Below, in pieces: positions 52,806 through 62,191 of a DNA stretch of 64,000 bases. Every line of letters begins with the position of its first letter. Within the stretch, counting starts at the first letter, position 1. The notes under the pieces were generated by a model, which was not told the DNA's origin, ran no database searches, and was given only the letters and a program-made list of their open reading frames with translations. Source of the stretch: Verrucomicrobiota bacterium (GTDB lineage: Bacteria > Verrucomicrobiota > Lentisphaeria > JABSQK01 > JAJFLO01); contig JAJFLQ010000070.1 of NCBI GenBank assembly GCA_021772615.1, positions 29,145-93,144 of the forward strand, written 5' to 3'. A program made the position numbers and the translations under genes.

Positions 52806-54419
52806 CTATTTGATTATCCCAGCCGAGGTCAACTCACGGTAACGACGGCTGATCTCTTTCTCGAATACGTCCTTTATGCCCGGAATATTTCCGATCAGCG
52901 ATTCGAAATCGCTGCGGCTGATAGACATGACATCAACCGTCGTGACCGTTCGTACGGATGCGCTGCGGGAGGTGCCGGTAAACAATGCCATCTCGCCAAA
53001 GTACTGTTTTGCGTACAGTCGGGCGACAGCGCGTTCTGTGGCAGTGCCCTCGTCAATAATTACCTCGACCTCACCGCCGACGATGACGTACATGCGATCA
53101 CCGGGATCGCCCTGACGAAAGATAAAATCGCCGGCCTCATAGTGTTCCAGCGAAAAACTTTCACTGGGATCGATCTTTAACTGCACCAGATCTCGCGGCA
53201 GAATCAGGTCGAGCGCCCAGTCGACGCCGACACGAATCTTGCGATCGAGACCCGGCATCTTCCACCAGTACAGCGTGCGCCAGAAGAACCACGCCGGTAA
53301 TCCCGAAACCGCAAATCCCATCACCTCGACAACGGCGGAGCGGCGACCGAGCGCACCCGCTTTGCCCAGACCGGAAAAACCGAATCGGCGGCGTCCTGTG
53401 GCGCCGCGATGGGATGCGACAACGTTCGCCGCTGCCACGGCCGCCTGCCGAACTGCGAACTGCGCCGTCGGCGGCGATGGCGTACCGTCCGGCTGGATGA
53501 TCTGCGCGCAGTCGCCGACGGCCCAGTGATGTTCCAGATTCGGCATGGCCAGGGTCGGGTCGGTGATGATGCGGCCGTTCTCTTTCGCACATTGCAGCGC
53601 GGTGACCAGTGGATGCGGCGCCGATGGCACCGTGGAAATCAGTGTTCGTGCGTCGATCTTGCGGCCGCTCTTTAGGACTACCGTATCGGCCGTGGCTTCC
53701 GTAACCCGGTCGTCCAGGAAAAACTCCACACCGCGGCGCTCCAGAATCCGCCGGGCATAGTCCCCGAGACGCGGCGTAAGTTCCGGCAGAATTCGGTCGC
53801 GCGAATGGACCAGGATCACGCGAAACTTCTCATCAGACCGCAGGCGTATGACTTTACGAACTTCGTAAATAAAATCATTAATCTCCGCGGCCACCTCGAC
53901 GCCCGAGAAGCCGCCGCCGGTGACTACGAAAGATAAGAGACTGCGCCGAATCTCCGGGTCCTGTTCCACGGCGGCCTCTTCCAGTACTTGAATTATGCGG
54001 TTGCGTACCAGCAGTGCATCGGCCATATTCTTGAAAGGAAGGGCGTGTTCCTTGAGTCCCGGCATCGACGAGAAATCGTTCACGGTTCCGAGGGCAACGA
54101 TGAGGTAATCGTAAGGAACCTCCAGCGGCCGCGGTCCGAATCCCGGCGCCGTAGTCACCACCTTTCGCTGGAGGTCTATTTCTTCGATCTCCCGGCTGAT
54201 AAGCTGGGCGCCGGGGCACAGCCGCCGAATCGGCGTGATGCAGTGCAACAGATCGATACTGCCGGATATTACCTCCGGCAGCAGCGGCTGGAAAACCATG
54301 TAGTTTTCGCGATTGATCACTGTGACGTCAAGGGCGTCAACGGACCTGAGCAGCTTGCCAAGATGCATTGCTGCGTACACGCCGCCGAATCCGCCTCCGG
54401 CTATTACGACATGTTTCAT
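52806..54419 (-). CDS. Type II NADH dehydrogenase (NDH-2)-like flavoprotein fused to a C-terminal cyclic-nucleotide-binding domain.
   Basis: VVIAGGGFGGVYAA dinucleotide-binding motif and a second GGGFSGVE motif. C-terminal ~120 aa with FGEMALFTGTSRSASVRTVTTVDV cNMP-binding signature. Confidence 0.85.
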   Translation of the reverse strand: MKHVVIAGGGFGGVYAAMHLGKLLRSVDALDVTVINRENYMVFQPLLPEVISGSIDLLHCITPIRRLCPGAQLISREIEEIDLQRKVVTTAPGFGPRPLEVPYDYLIVALGTVNDFSSMPGLKEHALPFKNMADALLVRNRIIQVLEEAAVEQDPEIRRSLLSFVVTGGGFSGVEVAAEINDFIYEVRKVIRLRSDEKFRVILVHSRDRILPELTPRLGDYARRILERRGVEFFLDDRVTEATADTVVLKSGRKIDARTLISTVPSAPHPLVTALQCAKENGRIITDPTLAMPNLEHHWAVGDCAQIIQPDGTPSPPTAQFAVRQAAVAAANVVASHRGATGRRRFGFSGLGKAGALGRRSAVVEVMGFAVSGLPAWFFWRTLYWWKMPGLDRKIRVGVDWALDLILPRDLVQLKIDPSESFSLEHYEAGDFIFRQGDPGDRMYVIVGGEVEVIIDEGTATERAVARLYAKQYFGEMALFTGTSRSASVRTVTTVDVMSISRSDFESLIGNIPGIKDVFEKEISRRYRELTSAGIIK

Positions 54420-54469
54420 GCCGGAAGCGTAACGTAATTTTCGCCGAAATCAATGTGGCGCCGAAGCGC

Positions 54470-55582
54470 ATGAATTTCGTGCGACTGGTCAATCTCTTAC
54501 AGCAGGTCCTGAAAATTATGTTTGTTCTCCTTCTCGTTGCAGGCCTGCTGCTGCTGGTCGCGGGCGCCGAGGCGCTGGTTCGCGGCGCCTCGCGTCTGGC
54601 TGCCGTTGCCGGTATTTCGCCGTTGATCATCGGGCTTTCGGTCGTCGCTTTCGGCACCAGCGCACCCGAACTTGCGGTCAGCATCAAGGCCGGCCTGTCC
54701 GGTCAGGCCGGTATCGCCGTCGGCAACGTCATTGGCAGCAATATCTTCAATATCCTGCTGATCCTTGGTCTGTCGGCTGTAATCGCGCCCCTGACCGTCT
54801 CGCAGCAACTGATCCGCTCCGACGTGCCCGTGATGGTCGCGGCATCGTTCGCGATGTACGCTCTCGCGTGCGACGCCCGTTTCAGCAGGGCCGACGGTCT
54901 ATTGCTTGTCACCGGCCTGCTGGTCTATACCGCGGTCCTGTTCCGCCTCAGCCGCAACGCGTCGGAGACGGGTGCCGAAGATCCACCGTCGGCTCCGGTG
55001 CAATCGACCTGGCGCCGTGATCTAATGCTCGTGGCAGGTGGGCTGGTATTGCTGGTCATCGGCTCGAATTGGCTGGTCAATGCCGCAGTGGCGATTGCCA
55101 GGCTGATGGGCGTGAGTGACGTCATTATCGGGCTCACGATTGTTTCGGCCGGCACGTCGTTGCCGGAACTGGTCACGTCCGTGGTGGCGAGCTTTCGTGG
55201 GGAACGCGATATCGCCGTCGGCAACGTGGTCGGCAGCAATCTGTTCAATATTCTCGGCGTGCTCGGGATCTCGTCCGTGCTGGCGCCGGCCGGGATCGCG
55301 GTGGCGCCGGGCGTTATCGGCTTCGACCTGCCGGTGATGTGCGCGGTTGCGTTTGCGTGTCTGCCGATTTTCTTCACCGACGGCATGATCTCCCGGTGGG
55401 AGGGCAGTCTGCTGGTCGGCTATTATCTGGCGTATACCGCCTTTCTCATTCTGGCTGCCGGGCCGGGCGGCGGTCTGGCCCCGGTCTATGGTGCGGCGAT
55501 GCGGTATTTTGTGATCCCGCTGACGCTGATAACGCTCTTGTTGCTAGCCGCCATTGCGGCCCGGAAACATCGTCAACGATGA
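54470..55582 (+). CDS. Ca2+/cation antiporter (CaCA, YrbG-type).
   Basis: Two alpha-repeat motifs, GTSAPELAVSI and GTSLPELVTSV. ~10 TM helices. The ORF extends upstream to 54368 but would then overlap the converging NDH-2 gene. Confidence 0.85.
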   Translation: MNFVRLVNLLQQVLKIMFVLLLVAGLLLLVAGAEALVRGASRLAAVAGISPLIIGLSVVAFGTSAPELAVSIKAGLSGQAGIAVGNVIGSNIFNILLILGLSAVIAPLTVSQQLIRSDVPVMVAASFAMYALACDARFSRADGLLLVTGLLVYTAVLFRLSRNASETGAEDPPSAPVQSTWRRDLMLVAGGLVLLVIGSNWLVNAAVAIARLMGVSDVIIGLTIVSAGTSLPELVTSVVASFRGERDIAVGNVVGSNLFNILGVLGISSVLAPAGIAVAPGVIGFDLPVMCAVAFACLPIFFTDGMISRWEGSLLVGYYLAYTAFLILAAGPGGGLAPVYGAAMRYFVIPLTLITLLLLAAIAARKHRQR

Positions 55583-57120
55583 AGGCCCAAAAAAGGATGT
55601 GCCGGCAAGGTCAAGTGCCCGGATTGGATCCGGTCGCGACGGACCAAAACACGTGTCTTTGCCACACGCCCGGCAGGCGACCGATTGTGGCTATCTGCGT
55701 GGCGGCCTGGTATATGGCGGGTGTGGTCGGCGCGGCCCTTGCCGATGGTGTGGCGACAGTCGGCGCACATGAGGGGCATGCGGCCGGGGTCGCGGCCGGC
55801 ACGGCTGCTGCTGCGGGCCCCGCAGATGAGCCTGCTGCTGCCGAGACCGGCACTACCGATGCCGCCGATCACTTCTGGCCGCAGTGGCGCGGGCCGCGAT
55901 TTACCGGGGTAGCGCCGTATGCCGATCCGCCGCTCGAATGGAGTAACGACCGGAACATCCGCTGGAAAGTCGCCTTGCCTGGACGCGGGCATTCCTCGCC
56001 TGTGGTCTGGGGCGACCGCGTGTATCTCACCGCAGCCGTGCCCTACGGAAATCCGCTGGAACCGCGCTACAGCGGTGCTCCCGGCGCCCATGACAATGTT
56101 TCGGTTCGCCATCGTTATGAATTCGTTGTCTTCGCCGTGAATCGGGTCGACGGATCGATCATCTGGCAGCGTACCGTGCACCGGGATCTACCACATGAGG
56201 GTGGACACTACAGCGGCAGTCTGGCATCGGCGTCGCCGATTACCGACGGTGAACATGTGTTTGCCTTTTTTGGTTCGCGCGGACTCTATTGCCTCGGTCG
56301 CGACGGCGAGGTTATCTGGCAGAAGGATCTTGGCAGGATGCAGACCAAACACGGCCACGGCGAAGGCAGTTCGCCCGTGTTGTACGGCGATACGTTGGTC
56401 GTCAGCTGGGACCACGAGGGACCATCGTTCCTCGTCGCATTCGACCGGGAAACGGGCCGGGAACTGTGGAAGATCCCTCGCGACGAGCCGAGTTCCTGGG
56501 CCACACCTGTTGTGATCGCACACGGCGACCGACGCCAGCTCATCGTGCCGGGTACAAATCGGATGCGCGGTTATGACCTCGCCGACGGCCGCGTGATTTG
56601 GGCGTGCGGTGGGTTGGCGGCCAATATCGTCGCCTCGCCGGTCGCGGGCGGCGGCATGGCCTTTGCCGGCAGCAGTTATGACAAGCGCGCCATGATCGCG
56701 GTCCGCCTCGGCGACGCCGCAGGCGACATTACCGCCACCGATCACGTTGCCTGGCGCCGGGTCCGCGGCGTGCCGTATGTGCCGTCGCTATTGCTATATG
56801 ACGACATCCTGTATTTTCTTGCTCACTACCAAGGGGTTATGACCCGGCTGCATGCGCCGACCGGCAGCGACCGGCCCGGCGCCTTTCGCCTGCCCGATAT
56901 CGGCGACGTTTACGCCTCGCCGGTCGCCGCTGCGGGTCGCGTCTATGTTACCGATCGCGCCGGCTCTACGTTGGTCATCGCCCACGACGATGAATCCCGT
57001 TTTCTGGCGTCAAACCAGCTCAATGACACCTTCAACGCTTCAGCCGCTCTGGCCGGCTGCGAATTGTTCCTGAGAGGACAGGACTACCTCTATTGCATTG
57101 CTGAAGACGGAACCGATTGA
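55579..57120 (+). CDS. PQQ-like beta-propeller repeat protein (BamB-like fold), secreted.
   Basis: Repeated ... W ... G ... SPVV.GD.VY motifs (IRWKVALPGRGHSSPVVWGDRVYLTA; IIWQRTVHRD ...; VIWQKDLGRM ...). ATGA overlap with the antiporter stop. The longer ORF from 55339 is rejected. Confidence 0.75.
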   Translation: MKAQKRMCRQGQVPGLDPVATDQNTCLCHTPGRRPIVAICVAAWYMAGVVGAALADGVATVGAHEGHAAGVAAGTAAAAGPADEPAAAETGTTDAADHFWPQWRGPRFTGVAPYADPPLEWSNDRNIRWKVALPGRGHSSPVVWGDRVYLTAAVPYGNPLEPRYSGAPGAHDNVSVRHRYEFVVFAVNRVDGSIIWQRTVHRDLPHEGGHYSGSLASASPITDGEHVFAFFGSRGLYCLGRDGEVIWQKDLGRMQTKHGHGEGSSPVLYGDTLVVSWDHEGPSFLVAFDRETGRELWKIPRDEPSSWATPVVIAHGDRRQLIVPGTNRMRGYDLADGRVIWACGGLAANIVASPVAGGGMAFAGSSYDKRAMIAVRLGDAAGDITATDHVAWRRVRGVPYVPSLLLYDDILYFLAHYQGVMTRLHAPTGSDRPGAFRLPDIGDVYASPVAAAGRVYVTDRAGSTLVIAHDDESRFLASNQLNDTFNASAALAGCELFLRGQDYLYCIAEDGTD

Positions 57121-57568
57121 CTGCCGATGCCAAAGTTTTCGTTCGTCCTGCCACGTCCGTTCTATGTTGCACCCTCCGCCATGTTGCGCGCAGTGCTTTG
57201 GAGTGCGGCGGGTTGACGCCGCTTTGAAACTCGCCGAAGGCGAGTCGTCGCCTCGTGCTGCGCGCTGGAGCGCGACACGACTCGATCTGTCCGCCATTCT
57301 CCATCCTTACCCTGTCTGTTATTCGTGTCCGTTGGCGTCCATTCTACTGGTTTCCCTCTACAGCTTACATGTCGGCACGTCTTGATCCGGCGGTGTCTTT
57401 GGCTTCGCGCCGCGGCTGCAGTAAATTCTGATTTGGTCATTGAAAATATCTGGTAATTTTGAACGTGGCCATTTATTGTAGTTGGCAACGCTCGCCTTGT
57501 TTCTATAACAAAGTAACTCGGGGCGAGCGTGATCAGTCACTCAGTGGTTTGGGGAGAAACACGACGTT

Positions 57569-58021
57569 ATGGCAGTAAGCCTGCAGGAGTTGCAAAATTA
57601 CAGCATGTTCGGCGGCGTCTCCGACGCGGCCATCGAATTCATTCTCGAACATGTCAGGCTGGTCGAGTTCGCGAGTGATGAGGTGATTTTTCGATCCGGC
57701 GACAACGGCGACGAGATCTGCTTTATCCTCGATGGCGAAGTCAGTATTAGGTTGGATGGCGTCGAATTGGCAGCGTTGCAGAAAGGCGAGCAATTTGGTG
57801 AAATGCATCTCATCGATGTCATGCCGCGCAGCGCCAATGTGATCGGCACCCGCGCCGGTCGCCTTCTGATCCTGACCAACAAGGATCTCCTGAAACTCCG
57901 GCAGTTTGATCACGAAGCGTTTGTGCTGCTGCTGATGAACTGCAGCCGCGACATCAGTCGTCGTCTTCGCATCATGAGCCAGAAATACGCCAAACTCGCC
58001 GTGAATCCGACCGACGGTTGA
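57569..58021 (+). CDS. Stand-alone cyclic-nucleotide-binding domain protein (150 aa, no DNA-binding domain).
   Basis: FGEMHLIDVMPRSANVIGTRAGRLLIL cNMP-binding signature. Confidence 0.8.
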   Translation: MAVSLQELQNYSMFGGVSDAAIEFILEHVRLVEFASDEVIFRSGDNGDEICFILDGEVSIRLDGVELAALQKGEQFGEMHLIDVMPRSANVIGTRAGRLLILTNKDLLKLRQFDHEAFVLLLMNCSRDISRRLRIMSQKYAKLAVNPTDG

Positions 58022-58303
58022 ATCCGCATCCCGTCGTCGTCGCGGAGCGTTCGTCACACTGACACCAATGAGATTGCCGCTGCGTCAGTTATGCTTGCAT
58101 CCCGCCACACGGTCAATGCCGTATATGCAAGGAGGTCCGTTGGTGCTCACAACTTCTGTCGTGTCGTCGATCCGTAATGTACGCACATCTAAAGCCGTGA
58201 ACGCCAACTAACGCGACACTGAACACTCCTAAAATAAGTGGTATTGGCTGGCCGCCTGGCCGCGACGAGAAGCGAACCGCTACTTCCACCAATAAACTGG
58301 CGA

Positions 58304-59890
58304 CTACAGATCGCCGGCGGTGTTCACGCTCTGGATCGTAATCGGATCGGTCGATACATCGCCAAATCCGCTGCGTACGGCGTCTACGCGCAGCACCGGG
58401 TTGGCGCCGGATGCATCAACCGTCATGTCGGCAGTGACGGCCGCCGAATCAAAGTTGGTGATATCATTCACGCGTTGCGCGGGCACCACGACACGAAGCA
58501 CATCTCCTTGTGCAAAGGCATTGAACCCGGGAGAATCCAGATACATCGTCATCGGCGCGGTTGGCGGCAACATGCTTGTGTCAGCCTGTGACGGCACCGA
58601 CAGACCCGCTATTGATCCGCCGTCGGCGACAAGGACAACCCAGTGCACGTGGTACACGGCGCCGTCTGCAGCATCATCGTACACGCCATTGAAATTCTCG
58701 TCCCATAACGGAGTGTCGTCGAAATCCGGATGCGTCGTAACAGCCAGAGCCAACGTCCCGGCCTGTCCCTTAAATCCCACCGTCTCGGGAGTTAACGATG
58801 TGAGAAACACATAGCCGAGCACAGGTGCTCCGTCGACGCTGCCGTTTGCTACTGGAGTCTGTACCGCGACCTGTGCACCGGCCACGTCGATTGCGAACAC
58901 CAGCGTGTCGATCGATTGAACGTAGCTGACGGTAGCAGATTCGATAATGAGCGAATCGCTGTTTTCGGCGGTTGACGTCGCCGGCCACGCATTGTCCGGC
59001 GCTGTGCTCAAATTCGTAATCGGCGTGCCCGACAATGCTTCGCTGTCATAGATTTTCTCGACCGTAAGCAACGGCGTAGCGGCGGATGCATCGACCTGCA
59101 TGAATGCGGTAACGGCGGCGCTCACTTCGAAGGTCTTGTTGCGGCGCACCCGATCCAGCGGCACGATGACACTGATCGTGTTGCCGTCTTCGATAACCGC
59201 GAAGCCGGGCGAGTCGAGGTACATGGCCATTGGCGCTGTTGGCGGCAGCGGGTCGGCCGCGGTGTTCTGCAATACAGCCAGTCCTGTCGGTGCACGGTCG
59301 TCCTCGCCTAGCACAACCCAGTGCGAATGGTAGACCACTCCGTCGTCATCGTACGCCTGATTGTTGTCCTCATCCCACAATGGTGTGTCGTCAAAGTCCG
59401 GATGCGATGTAATCGCGAGCCCGACCGTGCCCGTCACACTGCCGAATCCAACCTCCTCCGGCGTCAATGTCGTCAGAAACACATAACCCAGCACCGGGGC
59501 GCCGTCGACGCTGCCCGCGGGCAGCGGCTTGACTGAGCCGGCGTCCGCCAATGCTTCTACCGAGAACACGATCGAATCGAGATTCGGTTCGTACACGGCC
59601 GCAGCCGAATTGATCTGGAAGGCGTCGTTGTCCACGTACAATTCACCTTGTACGAGATTCGCCTCGCGCAGGCCGTCACGGAGCGTGTCAATCTCGCATT
59701 GCAGCCCGTTAATAAAGTCAACTATCGCGTCGAAGTTCGCGTTTACTTCCGACGCCTTGGCCGGCGTCCCGGCAACGAATTCGTGCGGGATCGTTATCGA
59801 GTCCTGGCAATCGCCCTGACCAGCAGCCTGCTGTATGCCGATCACCTGTGCCAGCGACGTTAAGGCGACCGCAACAAGAGCATGACGCAT
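58304..59890 (-). CDS. Secreted protein of unknown function built from two tandem ~235-aa homologous units.
   Basis: Signal peptide MRHALVAVALTSLAQVIGIQQAAG. Each unit contains GSVDGAPVLGYVFLT[ST]LTPE[ET]VGF, HPDFDDTPLWDE, VYH[SV]HWVVL and LPPTAPM[AT]MYLDSPGF. The ORF extends to 59974. Confidence 0.75.
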   Translation of the reverse strand: MRHALVAVALTSLAQVIGIQQAAGQGDCQDSITIPHEFVAGTPAKASEVNANFDAIVDFINGLQCEIDTLRDGLREANLVQGELYVDNDAFQINSAAAVYEPNLDSIVFSVEALADAGSVKPLPAGSVDGAPVLGYVFLTTLTPEEVGFGSVTGTVGLAITSHPDFDDTPLWDEDNNQAYDDDGVVYHSHWVVLGEDDRAPTGLAVLQNTAADPLPPTAPMAMYLDSPGFAVIEDGNTISVIVPLDRVRRNKTFEVSAAVTAFMQVDASAATPLLTVEKIYDSEALSGTPITNLSTAPDNAWPATSTAENSDSLIIESATVSYVQSIDTLVFAIDVAGAQVAVQTPVANGSVDGAPVLGYVFLTSLTPETVGFKGQAGTLALAVTTHPDFDDTPLWDENFNGVYDDAADGAVYHVHWVVLVADGGSIAGLSVPSQADTSMLPPTAPMTMYLDSPGFNAFAQGDVLRVVVPAQRVNDITNFDSAAVTADMTVDASGANPVLRVDAVRSGFGDVSTDPITIQSVNTAGDL

Positions 59891-60019
59891 GCGGTTGGTC
59901 CACCATACACTACTCACAGATGCATGTAAGGCGTTGACTTCGGGATTGGATGAATCTTTTGATATGCTCAACATGATAGTACTCCGGTTGTTTGGTTTTA
60001 ATCTAAGTTGGTTAGTGCC

Positions 60020-60796
60020 TCAGGGATTCGACGCCTCAAGATCGACGGGGACACTTGAATCGCTCCCTGAGAATACCCAATGCCCCCGAGACGGAAGTAA
60101 CTCGTCGGTCGTGACAAATTTGGTTGCGTCCCACACCCATACAACGCCGGATATCGTGTTTCCGAGCATATTGCCTATGGTGTTGTTGTCTGGAATTCTC
60201 GCAACCGACAACAGGTTCCAGCCGCTGGTTAATGTAATGTCGTATTGCGTCGGGTCTCTACCGCGGTCGAGCTCCTGTTGATCCGTCAGACCGTCACCGT
60301 CCTTGTCGACTATGGCCAGGTCGACGGCCTCATCTTCGTTGGTCACGACGTCGACCAGATTCACCAGAATGTAACCGGTTTGATCATTCATATTTCTGAA
60401 ATCCGATACTTCCTGGCGCAATTCTGCGCTCGATAATACGGATTCGAATTCAATAAACCACTTATCATCTGTCCATGTCATCGTGTTCCACAGGCTTTGT
60501 GCGGCGTGTGGAAAGGCCAATACGGTGTCGTTCAGGCGGTCGATCACGGTATCCTGATTGCGAATGACATCATCTCGTTCGGCAATCACAACGTCCCGTG
60601 CCGCTTCCGCTACGGTCACAGCGTCGGCTACGATCTGATCTACTTCACTTTGGGTAAAAAGTACCTCGAACCAATTATCCCAGTCCCAGGACATCCGATC
60701 CCAATTGCTGCTTGCACCGCCAATCGTCGGCAACATGAATGCGATGAGTATTACACATCCCGTCCATTTCATCGTGATCGCCATTATGATCCTCAA
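60020..60796 (-). CDS. Small secreted Ca-binding protein (DKDGDGLTD loop) carrying the shared C-terminal GWNLLS / VWVWD / GHWVF / VDLE module.
   Basis: N-terminal hydrophobic segment. DxDxDG loop. C-terminus aligns with the C-termini of the 10264..14811 and 917..9217 proteins. Confidence 0.7.
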   Translation of the reverse strand: MRIIMAITMKWTGCVILIAFMLPTIGGASSNWDRMSWDWDNWFEVLFTQSEVDQIVADAVTVAEAARDVVIAERDDVIRNQDTVIDRLNDTVLAFPHAAQSLWNTMTWTDDKWFIEFESVLSSAELRQEVSDFRNMNDQTGYILVNLVDVVTNEDEAVDLAIVDKDGDGLTDQQELDRGRDPTQYDITLTSGWNLLSVARIPDNNTIGNMLGNTISGVVWVWDATKFVTTDELLPSRGHWVFSGSDSSVPVDLEASNP

Positions 60797-61208
60797 ATTA
60801 TCCTGATTTCCGCGTAGTGCGTTTGCTATATTTCCCGCGCCAATCTATGACACCCATACCGTTCTCTGTTCACGCTCCCGACCTTATTCTTCATCAGTGA
60901 TGAAAATGCGAACCACGTTGGAGCTGTCACAGCTTCAGGTGCGGCTTTTCCCGCGCATCGCTGCTGAAACGCAAACAATCTCGCATACGGCGACTGTGAA
61001 CGCCAACACAGATCCTCAGAGCAACGACATCAAAACGCGACATTATCACTCACTGCGATCACTTTCCAATTGAATAATGACATGTTTGAAGATTTTTGAT
61101 CGGACACAGATCGATTGAGAATGAAAAGCGGCTTGATATCGTTTCGAGAGGGTGTTAGAATTTTCCCTATGAATCGCCACATCGTTGCCTTACGGAAAGG
61201 ATCTGGAT

Positions 61209-61895
61209 ATGAACACGATGATCAGATTGTTGATTTTTATGATGTATGTTCCGGGTGTTCAAGCAGAATTCATCACATTCACGGATAAGGCGGATTTTTT
61301 ATTCATCACGGGAGCGACGAATGTGACTGGGATGTTGCCGGACATAGGCGCTATATCGGGAGGTGCGAATGGCGTGCAGTCAGTCGGCTCCGTCATATTT
61401 AGTGTAGCTGCACCAAGCTTGGGCTTTTTCATGGGGACGAATGAGGTGGCGGGAGTCACGAACAATGATTGGACATTACGTCTGCCAGGTCCGGACATCG
61501 CCATAAGCGCCGGCGAGAATCTGAATATGACGTTAAGCGGCCCCGCTTTTTCAGTGGGTTTTGACATTGCGGAACCGGAAAACGATCCCAATGTTGACTC
61601 TTTCGTCGACTCGACGTTTATGGTCACCCTGAAAAATGATGAATTGTTTGTTGATTCTTTTATGTTTAACCCCCCGAATGACACCGCCGCGTTTTTCGGA
61701 GTGTGGGGAGATATAGTGTTTGATCGGATTGAGATACGCGAAACCATCGGCGGCAATGACGATGAGTTTTTCGGTCAAGTCTATGCGGGATCGTCGGCCA
61801 TTCCGGAACCGTCGACATACATGCTTTTTTTAACCCTTCTTACCGGTCTTGTCTTCCTCCGGCACAAGCGTTGGGAATCGATCGCCGAGATGTAA
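61209..61895 (+). CDS. PEP-CTERM sorting-domain protein (exosortase substrate).
   Basis: Signal peptide MNTMIRLLIFMMYVPGVQAE. C-terminal IPEPSTYMLFLTLLTGLVFLRHKRW has the PEP motif, a TM helix and a basic tail. The ORF is open from 61185. Confidence 0.8.
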   Translation: MNTMIRLLIFMMYVPGVQAEFITFTDKADFLFITGATNVTGMLPDIGAISGGANGVQSVGSVIFSVAAPSLGFFMGTNEVAGVTNNDWTLRLPGPDIAISAGENLNMTLSGPAFSVGFDIAEPENDPNVDSFVDSTFMVTLKNDELFVDSFMFNPPNDTAAFFGVWGDIVFDRIEIRETIGGNDDEFFGQVYAGSSAIPEPSTYMLFLTLLTGLVFLRHKRWESIAEM

Positions 61896-62191
61896 TTACA
61901 TCTCGACGACATGGTCATCATGCTGCTCGCCATATCTATCGGGATCAACTGCACAACGCCTAACGAATTAAGAGTTTTTGCGGCGTAACGCCGCCGACAA
62001 AGCTAGAATTGAGCTGAGTCGTGGAGCGGATCGCGTATGGACTTTGCTCTAAATCTCCTAACTTGGTTCATTTATGCGTGATCGTCGTGAGGATGCTGGA
62101 ATTTATCCGTTAATTTTCTGCCCGCGCTTCATGATCTGGATATTCATTACTGTCTGCCATCGTCGCCGTGTAGCACCGTAGTCCAAGATCG

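Noticed and set aside
54368-54469. Upstream extension of the CaCA antiporter ORF (start at 54368).
   Set aside because: The extension is Arg-rich, precedes the first TM helix by >30 residues, and would overlap the 3' end of the converging NDH-2 gene. The ATG at 54470 is a cleaner start.
55339-55578. Upstream extension of the PQQ-propeller ORF.
   Set aside because: Lies within the antiporter CDS in another frame. The ATG at 55579 forms an ATGA overlap with the antiporter stop, typical of translational coupling.
57481-57500. Possible sigma-54 promoter (TGGCA ... TTG) upstream of the cNMP-binding gene.
   Set aside because: The GG-N10-GC spacing does not fit the -24/-12 consensus when counted.
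61975-61990. Hairpin gcggcgtaacgccgc after the PEP-CTERM gene as an intrinsic terminator.
   Set aside because: The T-run precedes rather than follows the stem on the + strand (and an A-run follows it on the minus strand). Not a canonical terminator in either orientation. Left as an unexplained small palindrome.
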